A stretch of 64,000 bases of DNA. Origin: an uncultured Anaerolineaceae bacterium. GTDB taxonomy: Bacteria > Chloroflexota > Limnocylindria > Limnocylindrales > CSP1-4. The stretch spans positions 203,960 to 267,959 of the forward strand of contig CAZVGO010000050.1 of assembly GCA_964626755.1 (NCBI GenBank), in the 5' to 3' direction. Numbering within the stretch: the stretch's first letter is position 1; every line of letters begins with the position of its first letter. Below the pieces are notes generated by a model. It was not told where the DNA came from, made no database searches, and saw only the letters and a list, made by a program, of their open reading frames with translations. The position numbers were made by a program, and so were the translations under genes. This document shows, one piece after another, positions 16,224 through 25,526 of the stretch.

Positions 16224-17270
16224 ATGCGGCCGATGGCCGTTCTCCGAACCCTCGCCGCGTCCGCGGCCGCAGCCCTGCTGGCGATCGCCTGCAGCGCGCC
16301 GGTTTGGGCCCATGGGACGGCCGACGTCGGGCCACCGGACGCGGCCGCATTCCTGTTCGGCTGGACGTTCGAGCCGCTCGTCGCGATACCGTTGCTCGTG
16401 GCCGCGCTGGCCTGGATCGCGGCGGTCCGGAGGGTGAACGCGGCGCACCCGGCGAACCCGGTGCCGCGCGCGCGGAATGTCGCGTTCCTCGGGGGCCTGT
16501 TCGCGATCGCCGTTGCGTTGCTCTCCGGCATCGAGCGCTACGACACCGTGCTCTTCTCGGTCCACATGGTCCAGCACATCATCCTCACCCTGGTCGCGCC
16601 ACCGCTCATCGCCCTCGGTGCCCCGATTACCCTGCTCCTCCGCCTCGCGCGACCCGAGACGCGGCGGCGGTGGATCCTGCCCGTGCTCCACAGCCGGGTC
16701 GTCCGGGCGCTCTCCTTCCCGGTCGTCGCCTGGGTGCTGTTCGCGGGCGTCATGTGGGCGACCCACTTCTCGGCGGTGTTCGACCGCGCGCTGGAGGACC
16801 CGCTCGTCCACTACGTAGAACACGCGGCATACCTCGGAGCCGGGTTCCTCTTCTGGTGGCCGGCCATCGGCCTCGACCCGACGCCGTGGCGGATGAGCCA
16901 CCCCGTGCGGGCGCTGTACGTGTTCCTCCAGATGCCCCAGAACACGTTCCTCGCGGTCGCGATCCTCTCGGCGACCACCCCGTTGTATGCGCATTACGCG
17001 ACGCTCGCGCGATCGTGGGGCCCGAGCCCGCTCGCGGATCAGCAGGCGGCGGCCGGGATCATGTGGTTCGTGGGCGATCTGCTGTTCCTTGCCGCGATCC
17101 TCGGCCTTGTGGCGGCGTGGATGCGCCACGAGGAGCGCTCCACGGCTATCGCTGACCGGCGGGCGGACACGGCCCGCGCCGGAATGACGGCACGCGAGGC
17201 GCGCCAAGCGGAGCGGCTGGCCGAGGAGCGGGGGAGCGCGGCTTCCCCCAGCGAGCCCCAATCGAGGTAG
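16224..17270 (+). CDS. ctaG: Caa3-type cytochrome oxidase assembly factor CtaG-like polytopic membrane protein
   Basis: Multi-TM protein with conserved His-containing segments (HMVQHIILT, VHYVEHAAY). Divergent from ctaC. The upstream ORF-track extension (from 16065) overlaps the ctaC start and promoter and is rejected. Confidence 0.55.
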   Translation: MRPMAVLRTLAASAAAALLAIACSAPVWAHGTADVGPPDAAAFLFGWTFEPLVAIPLLVAALAWIAAVRRVNAAHPANPVPRARNVAFLGGLFAIAVALLSGIERYDTVLFSVHMVQHIILTLVAPPLIALGAPITLLLRLARPETRRRWILPVLHSRVVRALSFPVVAWVLFAGVMWATHFSAVFDRALEDPLVHYVEHAAYLGAGFLFWWPAIGLDPTPWRMSHPVRALYVFLQMPQNTFLAVAILSATTPLYAHYATLARSWGPSPLADQQAAAGIMWFVGDLLFLAAILGLVAAWMRHEERSTAIADRRADTARAGMTAREARQAERLAEERGSAASPSEPQSR

Positions 17271-17335
17271 TTCGAAGCAAGCGCAACAACCCGCTCGCTG
17301 GGCGGGCCACCGGGCGAGCTGGCGGGGGCTGCGCG

Positions 17336-18337
17336 TCAGCCCGGGATCGGCGCCGCCAGGTACTCCCGGTAGCGTTCCGGATCGACGTTCCCGCCGCTGA
17401 CGATCCCGACGACGGGTCCGCCGGCGGCGTCCAGCCCGGCCTCGCGCGAGCGGAACCGCATCACTGCCACGGCCAGCGCCCCGGACGGCTCGGCGACGAG
17501 CCGGCTCTCCTCGGCCGCCAACCGGACCCCGGCCGCGATCTCCTCCTCCGTCACGGTGACGATCGCGTCGAGCAGCGCGGACAGGTGGGCGAACGTCCGT
17601 AGGCCCAGGGAGGTCGTTCGGGTGCCATCGGAGATCGTCCGTCCCACCTTCTCGGCGGGCCACGCGACGATCCGGCCGGCCGCGAGCGAGTCGCGTGCGT
17701 CGGCCGCGAGCTCCGGCTCGACACCGATGATCCGCGCCTTCGGCACCAGTGCCCGGACCGCCACTGCAACACCGCTCGCCAGCCCGCCCCCGCCGACGGG
17801 CACGACCACCGCGGCAAGGTCGGGAAGCGCCTCGGCGATCTCGAGCCCGACGGTGCCCTGCCCGGCGATGATCCGGTCGTCGTCGAACGGCGGGATGATC
17901 GCGAGGCCGTCCCGTGCCGCGCGCTCCTCGGCGACCTGCCGCCGCTCGTCGCTCGACGGCCCCACCCAGACGATCTCTGCTCCGTCCGCGGCGACCCGCG
18001 CCGCCTTGATTGCGGGCGCGTCGCTCGGCATGACGATGACCGCCGGCGCGCCGAGCAGCCGGGCGGCCCGCGCCACTCCCTGGGCGTGGTTACCGGACGA
18101 GTACGTGATGACGCCGCGGCGGCGTTCGACCTCGCTCAGCGACGCGATCGCCACGTACGCTCCCCGGATCTTGAACGCCCCGATTGGCTGAAGCGACTCG
18201 GCCTTGAGGAAGCGTCGGTCGATGGGCGGGCCGAACGGGACGAGCGGCGTCGGCGTCGCGATGCCCCGGAGGAGCGATGCGGCACGCCGGACGTCGTCGA
18301 GGCCGACGAGTCCCGCTGTCGGAGGGGCATCGGTCAC
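17336..18337 (-). CDS. Threonine/serine dehydratase (PLP-dependent, fold type II, short catabolic form)
   Basis: LKAESLQPIGAFKIRGA (PLP-binding Lys), YSSGNHAQG, GGGGL. GTG start at VTDAPP. The upstream 140 aa of the ORF are Arg/Pro-rich and low-complexity. Confidence 0.8.
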   Translation of the reverse strand: MTDAPPTAGLVGLDDVRRAASLLRGIATPTPLVPFGPPIDRRFLKAESLQPIGAFKIRGAYVAIASLSEVERRRGVITYSSGNHAQGVARAARLLGAPAVIVMPSDAPAIKAARVAADGAEIVWVGPSSDERRQVAEERAARDGLAIIPPFDDDRIIAGQGTVGLEIAEALPDLAAVVVPVGGGGLASGVAVAVRALVPKARIIGVEPELAADARDSLAAGRIVAWPAEKVGRTISDGTRTTSLGLRTFAHLSALLDAIVTVTEEEIAAGVRLAAEESRLVAEPSGALAVAVMRFRSREAGLDAAGGPVVGIVSGGNVDPERYREYLAAPIPG

Positions 18338-18678
18338 CGCGCGCCCCGTCCGATCTCGCGCTGGCAGTCGATGCAGTGGGCCGCCCAGGGCAGTGCTTCG
18401 AGCCGTTCGGGCGAGATCGGTCGGCCGCAGCGCCGGCACGTCCCGAACGTGCCGTCGTCGAGCCGGCCGAGGGCGGCGTCGACCAGCTCGAGCTGCTGGC
18501 GAGCCCGGTCGCGGAGGGCGAGGTCGCGCTGCTGCTCGAATACCTGGCTCGCGGCGGCGGCCTGCGAGCCGTAGGTCATCGTGCCGGGCGGCGTGATCGT
18601 CTCGGCCACCTCGGCCTCGAGGCGTGACCGCTCGGCGAGCAGGGCGGCGCGTGCGGAGTCGAGGTCGAGGGCGGGCAC
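18334..18678 (-). CDS. DksA/TraR-family C4 zinc-finger protein
   Basis: C-terminal CRRCGRPI...CIDCQ four-Cys finger after a coiled-coil region. Overlaps the dehydratase start by 4 nt. Confidence 0.6.
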   Translation of the reverse strand: MPALDLDSARAALLAERSRLEAEVAETITPPGTMTYGSQAAAASQVFEQQRDLALRDRARQQLELVDAALGRLDDGTFGTCRRCGRPISPERLEALPWAAHCIDCQREIGRGAR

Positions 18679-18762
18679 GGTGCGATCGTACGCCGACCGG
18701 GGCCAGCGCCGAAACGGGCAGATCGCCGTATCCTCGGGCCGACGACATCGCAGGAGGACTCA

Positions 18763-18933
18763 ATGGCGCTCGAAACCGATCCGGTGTGCGGAATGCAGGT
18801 CGACACAGATACGTCCGACCTGAAGACCGAGCACGACGGCAAGACGTACTGGTTCTGCGGGCGGGGCTGCCTGCTCGAGTTCCGCGACGACCCGGAGAAA
18901 TACCTCGACCCGAGCCATCAGCCGTCGATGTGA
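18763..18933 (+). CDS. YHS/TRASH-domain metal-binding protein (56 aa; missing from ORF track because it is under 60 aa)
   Basis: MALETDPVCGMQVDTDTSDLKTEHDGKTYWFCGRGCLLEFRDDPEKYL is a near-canonical YHS domain. AGGAGG RBS 5 nt upstream of the ATG. Confidence 0.7.
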   Translation: MALETDPVCGMQVDTDTSDLKTEHDGKTYWFCGRGCLLEFRDDPEKYLDPSHQPSM

Positions 18934-18949
18934 CGCGCAGAGCTGGGAC

Positions 18950-19310
18950 TCAGCTGACTCCCGGCCGGAGGGGCCTGGGCGTGGTTCTCCGGTTCACTTC
19001 GGTCTCGGGTGTGTCCTCGTCGCTGCTGCGGGCGGCTTCCCAGATCTCTGCGGCGATGTCCTGGGTGTCCCGCGCAGCGACGTGAAACGGCAGGGTGGAC
19101 GGAGTGGCTTGTGCGCGTCGGCCCTCCGCCTCGTGGAGCTTGGCGATCCATTCGACCATGTGCTCGGCCGAGAGTCGCTGGAACTCGTCCCGGTAGACGT
19201 CGGCTTCGCGCTTCAGCGCGGGGGTTTCACCGTCGACCGCGCCTGCTAGCCGCCTCTCCGCATCGCGCCACGACGCAAGGGCGGCCTCGATGGCCTGTCT
19301 CCGTGCCATG
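18950..19310 (-). CDS. Hypothetical helical protein (120 aa)
   Basis: Start at MARRQAIEAAL. The long 541-aa ORF upstream of it is low-complexity and runs through the 19311-19923 gene-free stretch. Confidence 0.4.
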
Positions 19311-19923
19311 TTGGCCCTTCTTTCGGGGCCTCGGGTCGGAGGAGACGGGACAGGTGCCCGCTTGACGGCTTCGGCCTGAGGGTCGCGCTCCGATAGCCTA
19401 CTCCACCCCCGCAAGTCACGGGCAACACCCAGGCAACACGCTGGCGGCCCGCCCATCGCCAGATAACTCGCAGCTAAGCGCCGACTGTGAGACTGGGCGA
19501 CTACGGCGGTCCCACGACCGGGCACTCCGCGTTGGGGTCGGCCCGCCGTCGAATGCCGGTGCCGGGAGCCGGGGAGGACCTGTCCGTGTCGTCGCTCCGC
19601 CTCCGCCTGATTGCGTGTCTGCGCGTCCTCGCCTCCGTCGGACTGCTCTTCGCGATCGCCGCCGTCGACTCCGCCGGCCGCCGCTGGCTTATGACCTGAG
19701 GCGCTGGCGCGGCTACGGTCCGGGGCCATTGCCACTTTCCCGCCGGATGGGACTGGGACGCGAAGCCCTGCGTGTCGTCCGCGCGCTCTTCCGCACGGAT
19801 CGGGGCAGGAGGCGCGGTTTTTCCATTGCCGCACATCCTGGCCATGGGCAGCTGGTGAAGAAAGCGTGGCCGACTCCCGGCCGGTGAGAATCCGGCGAAC
19901 AACGACCCGCCCTGACCGTCGCC

Positions 19924-20724
19924 TCAGGTTCGCCCGCCCGCGACCCCCGTGTCGGAGCTCAGCCGCGTGGCGAGATAGACCGGGATCGCGGACAGGAGGA
20001 TCACGACGATCGCCACGACGTTGACCGCCGGCGACGGGTCGCGCGACAGCAGCTTGAGGATGTAGATCGGCAGCGTCTGGTCGCCGCCGGTCGTGAACGT
20101 CGTGACGATGACCTCGTCGAACGACAGCGCGAACGCGAGGAGTCCGCCGGCGAGGAGTGCCGTCCGGATCACCGGGAACGTCACGTAGCGGAACGTCTGC
20201 CACGTGTCGGCGCCGAGGTCCATCGACGCCTCCTCGATCGACCGCGACGTCCGCCGTAGCCGGGCGAGGACGTTGTTGTAGACGATGACCACGCAGAAGG
20301 TCGCGTGGCCGACGATGATCGTGAACAGGCTCAGGTCGATCCCGAACGTCCGGAACGTCGAGTTCAGCGCCATCCCGGTGACGATGCCCGGCAGGGCGAT
20401 CGGGAGGATGACGACGAACGAGACCGCTTCGCGGCCGAAGAACCGGTAGCGCTGGACCGCGAACGAGAGGAGGGTGCCGAGGCCGAGCGCGATCCCGGTC
20501 GCGCCGAGGGCGGCCTGGACCGACGTGAGGAGCGCATCGATTGCCTCCGGGTCCGACAGGGCCTGCTCCCACCACCGGAGGCTGAGCCCGCGGATCGGCC
20601 AGGCGAGGGCCCGCGCCTCGCTGAACGCGTAGACGAAGATGATCAGCAGCGGCAGGTAGATGAATCCGAGGCCGAGCGCGGTCGCCACGCGGAGGCCGAT
20701 CCGGGTGGCCCTGGACGCCTGCAT
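19924..20724 (-). CDS. potC: Spermidine/putrescine-type ABC transporter permease
   Basis: Binding-protein-dependent transport permease with the EAA-like loop SIEEASMDLGADTWQTFRYVTFP. Confidence 0.85.
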   Translation of the reverse strand: MQASRATRIGLRVATALGLGFIYLPLLIIFVYAFSEARALAWPIRGLSLRWWEQALSDPEAIDALLTSVQAALGATGIALGLGTLLSFAVQRYRFFGREAVSFVVILPIALPGIVTGMALNSTFRTFGIDLSLFTIIVGHATFCVVIVYNNVLARLRRTSRSIEEASMDLGADTWQTFRYVTFPVIRTALLAGGLLAFALSFDEVIVTTFTTGGDQTLPIYILKLLSRDPSPAVNVVAIVVILLSAIPVYLATRLSSDTGVAGGRT

Positions 20725-21638
20725 CAGAGCGAGTCGAACGCGCCGAGCCGGCGGGCGACGGCGAGGTAGGCGAGCATCACGGCGACCGGCACGAGAGCGA
20801 ATGCCGCGGCGAACGGCAGGTCGCCGGCCACGCCGACGTTGGCCTGGACGACGTTGCCGATGAACTGCACGCTCGACAGCTGGTTCGGCGCGATGTAATC
20901 GCCCATCGTGAGCGAGAACGTGAAGATCGAGCCCGCGACCACGGCCGGAAACGCGAGCGGCAGCACGACCCGACGGAACGTCGACCAGCCGCGCGCGCCG
21001 AGGTCACCGGATGCCTCCAGCAAGGAGTTCGGGATCCGCTCGAGGCCGGCAAAGATCGGGAGGATCATGTATGGCAGCCAGAGATACGAGAAACACAGCC
21101 ACAGCCGGATCTCGCCCTCGGTGAACCCGGGTGCCTCGAGCCCGAGGGGCCGGAGGACCGCGTTCAGGGGCCCTGCGTCCTGGAGGAGGATCCGCCAGGC
21201 GAAGACCTTGACGAGGTAGCTCGACCAGAGCGGCATGAGGATCGCGACGACGAGCCAGCCGCGGACGCGGGGCGAGGCGACCCGCGCCATGTAGTAGGCG
21301 ATCGGGAACGCGATCAGCGCGTCGGTGATCGTGACCGCCGCCGCGATGGCCAGTGTCCGGACGGTGATCGTCCGGTAGACCTCGGTCGAGGCGAGCCGCT
21401 CGAAGTTCTGAAGGCCCGGCTCGTAGACGAGCGTGCCGGTGAACGGATCGAGCCGCCAGAACGAGTTGACGAACAGGATTACGAGCGACCCGAGGTACGC
21501 AGCGACCAGCCAGCCGATCGGGGCGGAGAGGAGCAGCCCAAGCTGGGCCCTCGGTCGGCGGTAGATCGCAGCGGCGAGCCGCCGGCCCGCGGGAACGCGG
21601 ACCGGCGGTTCCAGGGGCTCCTCGACTGGCACCCTCAA
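20724..21638 (-). CDS. potB: Spermidine/putrescine-type ABC transporter permease
   Basis: Six-TM permease with the EAA loop LLEASGDLGARGWSTFRRVVLP. Start and stop are coupled with potC. Confidence 0.85.
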   Translation of the reverse strand: MRVPVEEPLEPPVRVPAGRRLAAAIYRRPRAQLGLLLSAPIGWLVAAYLGSLVILFVNSFWRLDPFTGTLVYEPGLQNFERLASTEVYRTITVRTLAIAAAVTITDALIAFPIAYYMARVASPRVRGWLVVAILMPLWSSYLVKVFAWRILLQDAGPLNAVLRPLGLEAPGFTEGEIRLWLCFSYLWLPYMILPIFAGLERIPNSLLEASGDLGARGWSTFRRVVLPLAFPAVVAGSIFTFSLTMGDYIAPNQLSSVQFIGNVVQANVGVAGDLPFAAAFALVPVAVMLAYLAVARRLGAFDSL

Positions 21639-21703
21639 TCAGGTAGTGCTGCTCGCTCTCCGAGCGCCGAGGTCAGGCGGTGCCAGCCCTCGGCGCGAGG
21701 AAC

Positions 21704-22852
21704 TCAGCCCTTGATCTCGGTCCAGGCCTGGACCCACTCGGAGAAGTCCTTGCAGACGGCCCCGCGCGAGTCGCCGCAGTCCTTCTGCGGCGTCGCCCAG
21801 TAGTAGACCTTGCTGAAGTACGCCTCGTCGGTCGCGTGGAACGTGTCGCAGTGGCCGGCAGACAGCTTCTCAGCCTCGGCGCATGCCTCTGCGGAGATCG
21901 GTGCCTCGCCGAAGGACACCGTGGCCGCCGCGTTCGCCGCGGGCGAGATGATGTGGTTCATCCAGGCGTACATGCAGTTCGGGCTCTTCGCCTTCGACGA
22001 GATCATCCAGGTGTCTGACCAGCCGGTCGCCCCCTCCTTCGGGAGCGTCACCTCGACCGGGACGTCGTCGCCGTCGAGGACATTCTTGATGACCTGCCAG
22101 GTCGTTCCGACCACCGTATCGCCCGCAGAGAATGCCGCGATCTCGTCGGTGTAGAGCGACCAGTATTTGCCGATGATCGTCTTCTGCTGCTTGAGCAGGT
22201 CGACCGAGGCCTTGAACTGGGCGTCGTCGAGCTCGTACGGGTTGGTGATGTTCAGATCCGGATTCGTGGCCATGAGGTAGACGGCCGCGTCGGCGATGTA
22301 GATCGGCGCGTCGTACGCGGTGACCTTGCCCTTGTACGGCGAGTTCGGATCGAAAACGACGCTCCAGCTGTCCGGCGCGGTCGTGACGACGTCCGTCCGC
22401 CACATGAGGAGGTTCGCACCGCGTCCATGGGGCACCCCATAGGCGACGCCGTCGACCGTGTTGTGGGGCTTGTTCTTCAGGCCCTCGAACACGTTCGCGT
22501 AGTTCGGGATGAGGTTGAGGTTCACGGCAGAGACGTCGCCCGCCGCGATGAGCCGGTTCGAGGCGTCACCGGATGCAGACACGCCGTCGTAATTGCCGGT
22601 CTTCATCAGGGTCACCATCTCGTCCGACGTGTTGCCGAGCGTCGCGTTGACCTTGCAGCCGGTCGCTGCCTCGAACGGCGCAACCCAGTCAGTCTCGACG
22701 TAGCCGGCCCATGCGACGAGGTTGAGCGCGCCTTCGTTGGCCCCGAGGGCTCCCGGAACACTTGGCTTCGCGCTCGCCCCCGGCTGCGACGTACAGGCGG
22801 CCGCAAGCAGCGCCAGCGATGCCACTCCCGCGAGGATCTTCCGAGTCCGCAT
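21704..22852 (-). CDS. potD: Polyamine-type ABC transporter substrate-binding lipoprotein
   Basis: MRTRKILAGVASLALLAAAC (lipobox) followed by a PotD/PotF-like periplasmic binding fold. GGAGGAG RBS. The upstream 150 aa of the ORF are rejected. Confidence 0.8.
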   Translation of the reverse strand: MRTRKILAGVASLALLAAACTSQPGASAKPSVPGALGANEGALNLVAWAGYVETDWVAPFEAATGCKVNATLGNTSDEMVTLMKTGNYDGVSASGDASNRLIAAGDVSAVNLNLIPNYANVFEGLKNKPHNTVDGVAYGVPHGRGANLLMWRTDVVTTAPDSWSVVFDPNSPYKGKVTAYDAPIYIADAAVYLMATNPDLNITNPYELDDAQFKASVDLLKQQKTIIGKYWSLYTDEIAAFSAGDTVVGTTWQVIKNVLDGDDVPVEVTLPKEGATGWSDTWMISSKAKSPNCMYAWMNHIISPAANAAATVSFGEAPISAEACAEAEKLSAGHCDTFHATDEAYFSKVYYWATPQKDCGDSRGAVCKDFSEWVQAWTEIKG

Positions 22853-22889
22853 GCTCCTCCTTCGTCCGCGCCATCCGGCGCGGTCCCAC

Positions 22890-24014
22890 TCACGCCCCGC
22901 CGCCACCGACGGGAAAGTTGTGCTGTCGCTTCCAGACGAGGCGGACAGCCCGGCCTTGCGCGGATCGCGCGTCGATCGACGATGTCGCGAGATTCTGTTG
23001 GGTGACGACGAGCTCGCCCCCGGCGTCGAGCGCCACGTGGTAGCGCGTGTCGGGGCCGAGGTAGACGACCTGACGGATCCGCCCCGGAGCGCCGATCTCG
23101 TCGTCGGCCACCCGCTCGTCCGGCTCGCCGAGCCGGATCTTCTCGGGCCTGACAGTGAAAGTCCCGGTCCGTCCGACGATCGCCTTCGCGACCTCGCCCC
23201 GGAGCAGGTTGGACGTCCCGACGAAGCCCGCCACGAACGGGCTGGCCGGGCGCTCGTACACCTCCGCCGGGGCACCGATCTGCTGGATCCGGCCCTCATT
23301 GAACACGGCGATCCGGTCGCTCATCGTGAGCGCCTCCTCCTGGTCGTGGGTCACGTAGATGAACGTGATCCCGACCTCCTGCTGGATCGCCTTGAGTTCG
23401 ATCTGCATCTCCTCGCGGAGCTTCAGGTCGAGCGCGCCGAGCGGCTCGTCGAGGAGCACGACCCGGGGCCGGTTGATCAGCGCCCGCGCGAGCGCGACCC
23501 GCTGGCGCTGCCCGCCGGACAGCTGGCTGGGCTTGCGCCCCTCGAACCCGTCGAGACGGACCATCCGGAGCGCCTCGCGAACCCGCGACGCTCGCTCCTG
23601 GCGGCCAACCCGGCGGACCATCGGCCCGTAGCCGACGTTGTCGCCAACCGACATGTGGGGGAACAGCGCGTAGTCCTGGAAGACGGTGTTCACGTCGCGT
23701 TCGAACGGCGGTCGCCGGCTGACGTCCTCGCCGTGGAGCAGGATCCGGCCCGCGGTGGGGAGCTCGAAGCCCGCGATCATCCGGAGGGTTGTCGTCTTGC
23801 CCGACCCGGATGGTCCGAGCATCGAGAAGAACTCGCCGTCGGCGACGTCGAGGTCGATCCCGGCGACCGCGACCACGTCCCCGTACCGCTTCGCCACGCC
23901 TTCAAGGCGGACTGCTGCCGTGCCTGCCGGCGCGGTCGCGGAGTACGGACGCCCGCCCTTGCCGGTCGACGGCTCGGCGGTGTTGGGGATCGCCAAGGAC
24001 GCTCCTCGAGACAC
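22890..24014 (-). CDS. potA: Polyamine-type ABC transporter ATP-binding protein
   Basis: Walker [35 protein letters not shown], plus a C-terminal TOBE-like regulatory domain. Confidence 0.85.
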   Translation of the reverse strand: MSRGASLAIPNTAEPSTGKGGRPYSATAPAGTAAVRLEGVAKRYGDVVAVAGIDLDVADGEFFSMLGPSGSGKTTTLRMIAGFELPTAGRILLHGEDVSRRPPFERDVNTVFQDYALFPHMSVGDNVGYGPMVRRVGRQERASRVREALRMVRLDGFEGRKPSQLSGGQRQRVALARALINRPRVVLLDEPLGALDLKLREEMQIELKAIQQEVGITFIYVTHDQEEALTMSDRIAVFNEGRIQQIGAPAEVYERPASPFVAGFVGTSNLLRGEVAKAIVGRTGTFTVRPEKIRLGEPDERVADDEIGAPGRIRQVVYLGPDTRYHVALDAGGELVVTQQNLATSSIDARSAQGRAVRLVWKRQHNFPVGGGGA

Positions 24015-24214
24015 AGGATCCGGCGCGGGATGGCGGCACAGTGGGGCCGGGCCCCGGTGGTGTCAAGCGCCGGTGGAGCCTGTTCCGGCCAGAGCACCTA
24101 GGGCCCTCCGCCCGGACGCTCCGTCGAGCGTGGCCCGAACGGCGATCCCTGCCTGTCCGGTGTACGCTTCGGGTCCGCCGGGGTCGGGTCCGGTAAGCGC
24201 CCAGGAGGACCGGA

Positions 24215-24505
24215 ATGACGTATGTGATCGCCGAGCCGTGCATCGACCTGCTGGACCTCTCGTGCGTGTCGGTCTGCCCGGTCGATTGCATTCATTACGA
24301 GGAAGGCGTCGACCGCAAGCTCTTCATCGACCCGAACGAGTGCATCGACTGCGGCGCGTGCGAACCCGAGTGCCCGGTGACTGCGATCTTTCCCGAGGAG
24401 TCGCTGCCGCCCGAGTGGGCGAAGTACACGCCGATTGACGCGACCTGGTTTGTCGACAAGGCCGCTGCCCGGGCGTCAGTCGACGAGCTCAAACCGCGCG
24501 CCTGA
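24215..24505 (+). CDS. fdxA: 7Fe ferredoxin ([3Fe-4S][4Fe-4S], FdxA-type)
   Basis: CIDLLDLSCVSVCP (C-x7-C-x3-CP) and CIDCGACEPECP (C-x2-C-x2-C-x3-CP). Confidence 0.85.
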   Translation: MTYVIAEPCIDLLDLSCVSVCPVDCIHYEEGVDRKLFIDPNECIDCGACEPECPVTAIFPEESLPPEWAKYTPIDATWFVDKAAARASVDELKPRA

Positions 24506-24588
24506 AAGGAGGAGGCACCCTCGACAGGGTGCTGGCTTTCGCCCACCGAAGGCGGAGGCGACGCCCCTGCGAGCCGTCCGCCTGAGGT

Positions 24589-25515
24589 TTGCGAATCGTC
24601 TCCCTTCTCCCGTCGGCGACGGAGATCGTGTGCGCCATCGGCCTCGCGGACGAGCTCGTCGGGGTCACCCACGAGTGCGACTGGCCCCCATCCGCGCTTG
24701 GCCGGCCGGTGATGACGCGGAGCGTCTACGACTTCGAGGTGGCGCCCAGCCGGACGATCAACGAGATCGTCAGCGCGGCCGTCCACGGCGGCTCGTCGCT
24801 CTACGCGCTCGACGAGGAGGCCCTTGCGGCTGCCGAGCCCGACCTCATCCTCACCCAGGAGCTGTGCCAGGTCTGCGCGGTGAGCTACCGGGACGTGAAC
24901 GAGGTCGCCCGGGCGATCGACGCCGGGATCCGCGTCGTGTCCCTCGAGCCGACCTCGATCGAGGGCATCTTCAACACGATCACGACCATCGGGGCGATGA
25001 CCGAGTCCGAGGATGCCGCGGTCGACCTCGTCGAGTCGCTCCGGGCCCGGCTCGGGGCGGTGGAGCGCAAGGTCCAGAAGCGGCGTGACGGCGGGTTCGA
25101 GCCGCCTCGGATCGTCGGTCTCGAGTGGCTCGACCCGCCGTTCGCGGTGGGCCACTGGGTCCCCGAGCAGATCAGGCGGGCTGGCGGGTGGGATCTCCTC
25201 GGCGAGGCCGGCGAGCGCTCGGTCGAGACGACATGGCGCGCGGTTCGGGAGGTCGACCCGGAGATGCTCGTGCTGATGCCGTGTGGCTACGACCTGGCGG
25301 ACACGGTCGACGAGTGGGCCGCGGTTCCGCGTCCGCCGCGGTGGCACGACATCGAGGCGGTCCGGCGGGGCCAGGTCTTCGCGGTCAACGGGTCGGCGTT
25401 CTTCTCCCGGCCGGGTCCGCGGATCGTCGACGGGATCGAGCTGCTGGCGGAGATCTTCGACCCGGACGCGTTCGTCGACGTCGCGCCGCCCGGGAGCTGG
25501 ACGCCGGTCGCCTGA
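24589..25515 (+). CDS. BtuF/FhuD-like (cluster A-II) substrate-binding protein, apparently without signal peptide
   Basis: RIVSLLPSATEIVCAIGLADELVGV... is the BtuF-type N-terminal motif. TTG start immediately after an in-frame TGA, and there is no hydrophobic leader. Confidence 0.55.
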   Translation: MRIVSLLPSATEIVCAIGLADELVGVTHECDWPPSALGRPVMTRSVYDFEVAPSRTINEIVSAAVHGGSSLYALDEEALAAAEPDLILTQELCQVCAVSYRDVNEVARAIDAGIRVVSLEPTSIEGIFNTITTIGAMTESEDAAVDLVESLRARLGAVERKVQKRRDGGFEPPRIVGLEWLDPPFAVGHWVPEQIRRAGGWDLLGEAGERSVETTWRAVREVDPEMLVLMPCGYDLADTVDEWAAVPRPPRWHDIEAVRRGQVFAVNGSAFFSRPGPRIVDGIELLAEIFDPDAFVDVAPPGSWTPVA

Positions 25516-25526
25516 CCGGCACGCCA

